A stretch of 31,310 bases of DNA from Campylobacterota bacterium (lineage in GTDB: Bacteria; Campylobacterota; Campylobacteria; Campylobacterales; Sulfurovaceae), in contig JAYEOM010000124.1 in NCBI GenBank assembly GCA_034722955.1, forward strand, positions 1 through 31,310. The letters run 5' to 3'. The number at the start of each line of letters is the position of its first letter. Position 1 is the stretch's first letter. The translations under genes were made by a program, and so were the position numbers. The notes beneath the pieces are model-generated. The model worked only from the letters and a program-made list of their open reading frames with translations. It searched no databases and was not told the origin of the DNA. Of the stretch, positions 28,351 through 31,310 are shown piece by piece.

Positions 28351-29145
28351 ATGAAAAATCTCTTCGCCATCTTTGGAAACCCTGTATCCCACTCCAAGTC
28401 ACCACTCATGCATAACCTCTCATTCAGAGGTTTAAATTATGATGGTTGTTATACTAGATATCTCCTAGAGGATGGAGAGAGACTCAAGGAGACCTTTTTT
28501 GAGCTTGGACTCAAAGGGGTCAATGTGACAGTACCACACAAAGAGCATGCCTTTCGTGCCTGTGACCACCTCGATCCTTTTGCCAGAAAAGTTGGAGCTG
28601 TCAATACCATCATCGAAAAGGGTGGTCAACTCTATGGATACAATACAGATGCCCCCGGTTTTCTCAAAGCGATCTCTCAATTCAGAGATGCCAAAACCGT
28701 TCTATTTCTAGGTGCCGGCGGTACAGCTCGTTCGACTAGTGCTATCTTGCGTGATGAGGAGTATAAAGTAACGATCCTCAACCGCAGCGGGAAGAGGCTG
28801 GAGAGTTTCAAAGATGAGGGATTTGAGACAGCAACTTTTGATACCTTCAAAGCAAAATCCTTTGATCTCATCATCAACATGACCTCCGCCGGTCTAGAGG
28901 ACGATCTTCTCCCTGCTCCTAGAGAGATATTGGATAGTGTCATACCCTCTGCTAAAGCCTGCATCGATGTGATCTATGGCAAAGAGACCCCTTTTCTCAC
29001 CCTTGCCAAATCCTACAACAAACCAACCAAAGATGGCAGTGATATGCTGCTCTACCAAGGCATCATCGCATTTGAACACTTCAGTGATCACCAGTACAGT
29101 TTTGAAGAGATCAAACCATATATGCAACGAGCTTTCTATCTATAG
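28351..29145 (+). CDS. aroE: Shikimate dehydrogenase
   Basis: HSKSP.MHN, NVTVPHK, GAVNT, NTD and GAGGTA motifs. Confidence 0.96.
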   Translation: MKNLFAIFGNPVSHSKSPLMHNLSFRGLNYDGCYTRYLLEDGERLKETFFELGLKGVNVTVPHKEHAFRACDHLDPFARKVGAVNTIIEKGGQLYGYNTDAPGFLKAISQFRDAKTVLFLGAGGTARSTSAILRDEEYKVTILNRSGKRLESFKDEGFETATFDTFKAKSFDLIINMTSAGLEDDLLPAPREILDSVIPSAKACIDVIYGKETPFLTLAKSYNKPTKDGSDMLLYQGIIAFEHFSDHQYSFEEIKPYMQRAFYL

Positions 29146-29150
29146 ATTAA

Positions 29151-29224
29151 TAAACCCGAATTATGCAATAGAGTTGCTAAAATAGATGCTAGTTTAGTAA
29201 TCTCTATCGCATAATTCGGGTTTA
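29151..29224. repeat. 74-nt imperfect palindrome (REP/MITE-like), the complete form of repeat A
   Basis: TAAACCCGAATTATGC...GCATAATTCGGGTTTA has perfect 16-nt outer arms that continue imperfectly inward. Confidence 0.9.
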
Positions 29225-29282
29225 ACCCTGCTATTACTACAAAAAAGATAAAATCTCAACAATAATTACAAAAGGGCATAGA

Positions 29283-29924
29283 TTGAAGGGTAAGCAGTAT
29301 TCTGTAAAAGTTTATGAAACAACAATAGAAAATATAGAAGATGAAGAGAAATTTATCTCTTTTTTTGATACTAACTATACACTATTTAAAAATCGATTAA
29401 TAGTTATACAAGGTAAACTTTCGCACAAAGTAGAGAAGTTTCTCGCTGATAAATCTCTAAAATATATCCATAATATCGAGCTACCCACCAGTCATACTCG
29501 TCAAGTGACAGAGGTAGAACTCAATGAAACCAAAGCACAAGATGAGAAAAAACAAGCAGAGATAGAAGAGGAGATGAGCAAACTCTCTGATAGACTTCAC
29601 AACAATCTCAAAGTTTTTGATGGTATGGTTCGGAGTGGACAAGAGCTGAATATAGATGGAGATCTACTACTACTAAACCGTGTCAACAGTGGAGCCACTA
29701 TCAATACTACGGGTAACCTTATCATTACTCGGGTAGTAGAGGGTTCTATCCGTTGCAATGGAAACTTTATGATGTTGAGTAACTCGCCTAAAGCGAATAT
29801 TATTTTCCATGGTGTTCAAGTAGATAATGATCTACTCGAAGAGAAACTTAACAGAATAGAGTTAAAGGATAATAAAATACTTATAACACCTGTATTAAAA
29901 AAGGAGATCAATTGGGCATCGTAA
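29283..29924 (+). CDS. minC: Septum site-determining protein MinC
   Basis: VRSGQ..GDL...VNSGA.I..GN beta-helix. Upstream of minDE. TTG start. Confidence 0.88.
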   Translation: MKGKQYSVKVYETTIENIEDEEKFISFFDTNYTLFKNRLIVIQGKLSHKVEKFLADKSLKYIHNIELPTSHTRQVTEVELNETKAQDEKKQAEIEEEMSKLSDRLHNNLKVFDGMVRSGQELNIDGDLLLLNRVNSGATINTTGNLIITRVVEGSIRCNGNFMMLSNSPKANIIFHGVQVDNDLLEEKLNRIELKDNKILITPVLKKEINWAS

Positions 29925-30724
29925 TAGCAGTTATCAGTGGAAAAGGCGGTGTTGGCAAGACAACTGCTACAGCAAACCTAGGCTTGGGTATAGCATCAAA
30001 TAATAGAAAAGTCGTTATGGTTGACTTTGATATTGGTCAGAGAAACTTGGATATGATACTAGGTCTTGAAAATCGTGTAGTGTATGATATGGTACAGGTG
30101 ATGGATGAAGAGGCGACAGCCCAGCAAGCACTTATCAAAAGTAAAGTCAATGAAAACTTATATTTTATGGCAGCATCACAGACCAAAGACAAAACAGTAC
30201 TGGATTCTCAACGCGTCAAACATCTGCTTGATACACTCAAAGAGCAGTTTGACTATGTGATCCTCGATGCACCTGCCGGCATAGAGAGTGGTTATGAACA
30301 TACGATAGAGTTCGCTGATGCAGCGATCATCATCGTCAATCCTGAAGTCTCCTCTATCCGTGATGCTGATAGAGCTATAGGTATACTTGACTCCAAATCA
30401 CAAAAGGTAAAAGAGGGCAAGGAGGTCGTCAAATATCTCATCATCAACCGTATCATAGCAGAGATGGTTCAAAGCGGTGAGATGCTCAACAGTGAAGATA
30501 TTTTAGAGATACTCAATGTAAGCTTATTGGGTAAAATTCCTGAAGACAAAGGTGTCATAGATGCATCCAACCAAGGAAAACCTATCATACTAGATGAGAG
30601 ATCAGAGGCAGGCGAGGCTTATGCACGCATCGCAAAGAGAATCTGTGGCCAAAAAGTCCCTATGGCAGATATAGAAGCAGCTCCCAAAGGATTGCTAAAT
30701 AAATTTACAAGGATGTTTAAGTAA
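29912..30724 (+). CDS. minD: Septum site-determining ATPase MinD
   Basis: SGKGGVGKTT, DIGQRNLD, PAGIE and SSIRDADR motifs. C-terminal amphipathic helix. Confidence 0.97.
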   Translation: MGIVIAVISGKGGVGKTTATANLGLGIASNNRKVVMVDFDIGQRNLDMILGLENRVVYDMVQVMDEEATAQQALIKSKVNENLYFMAASQTKDKTVLDSQRVKHLLDTLKEQFDYVILDAPAGIESGYEHTIEFADAAIIIVNPEVSSIRDADRAIGILDSKSQKVKEGKEVVKYLIINRIIAEMVQSGEMLNSEDILEILNVSLLGKIPEDKGVIDASNQGKPIILDERSEAGEAYARIAKRICGQKVPMADIEAAPKGLLNKFTRMFK

Positions 30725-30951
30725 TGTTTCCTTGGCTAAAAAAGAAAAAATCCGCTTCTATCGCTAAAGATAGATTGACTATAGCTATCATGTCTGACAG
30801 AAACAATGAAACTTATCCTTTTATGGATGATCTAAAAGCAGAGATTATTGAAGTTGTCAAAAAATATATTGGTGTCAAAGCCATAGAGATCAAAAAAGAG
30901 ACTGAAGGAGAGTTCGAATCACTCTCTATAGATGTACAACTAGACAAATAG
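30724..30951 (+). CDS. minE: Cell division topological specificity factor MinE
   Basis: SASIAKDRL and EIIEVVKKY motifs. Confidence 0.95.
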   Translation: MFPWLKKKKSASIAKDRLTIAIMSDRNNETYPFMDDLKAEIIEVVKKYIGVKAIEIKKETEGEFESLSIDVQLDK

Positions 30952-31138
30952 TATTCCCCTATCGCAATGATATCCGCGTTGCTATAGATACTTAGGAACT
31001 TCACAACAGCAGAGCGGTAGGGGTCACCTCACATCCCTACTGCATTCAGCTACTCTTCACAAAACATGCATCACCAGACCCGTATAGTGAGGGGGTAACT
31101 GTAAATAAAAACCAAAAAACTTACGATATAATAATCCC

Positions 31139-31310
31139 ATGAAAAAAGACATCACCACCAAAGAGACCATCAAAACCATAACTCAAGATATATCCAAGTA
31201 CATTTTAGAACTTGATGTAACAGATATAGAGTTCGTAGATAAAGAGTTGCAACGAATAGAGAAGAGAGAAGCTGATATAGTAGCTCTCTGCAAGGTAGAT
31301 AATACAAAAG
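31139..31310 (+). CDS. Partial ORF running off the window: Rpn-like / PD-(D/E)XK putative transposase-nuclease N-terminus
   Basis: Manual translation MKKDITTKETIKTITQDISKYILELDVTDIEFVDKELQRIEKREADIVALCKVDNTK. The D..K / EL...R.AD pattern fits Rpn-like proteins. Confidence 0.6.
   Translation, partial: MKKDITTKETIKTITQDISKYILELDVTDIEFVDKELQRIEKREADIVALCKVDNTK

Noticed and set aside
1123..31004. Numerous short antisense or alternative-frame ORFs (e.g. 1123-1476, 11544-12026, 17085-17492, 19135-19362, 24718-25140)
   Set aside because: They shadow well-supported genes and have no recognisable motifs.

Overview
AT-rich chromosomal window from a Campylobacterota (epsilonproteobacterial) genome, probably Sulfurovum-like. 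This placement rests on protein families, gene order and TGnTATAAT promoters; no database search was run. Most of it is core genome: rnpB (RNase P RNA, minus strand), an iscU-like/ferritin-like/psd/pglG/HAD operon, the conserved gltX2-yggT-slt-(lipoprotein)-mobB-fbp block, a ygfA-rny-ppi-cmoB operon, SPOR-trpE-aroE and minCDE. Accessory-looking parts are a SapDEF+SapC-type type I secretion operon with no cargo gene in view, a convergent divergent HsrA/CosR-like orphan response regulator, an oleate hydratase followed by an orphan PqqD/RRE protein, a POTRA-less Omp85-like barrel and a truncated Rpn-like gene. A dispersed palindromic repeat, twice fused to an IS5-like end, sits at several junctions. 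The best candidates for uncharacterised biology are the Cys-deficient IscU paired with a tandem ferritin-like protein, the T1SS/HsrA-paralog module, the composite repeats, the orphan RRE and a GluRS2 with degenerate motifs.
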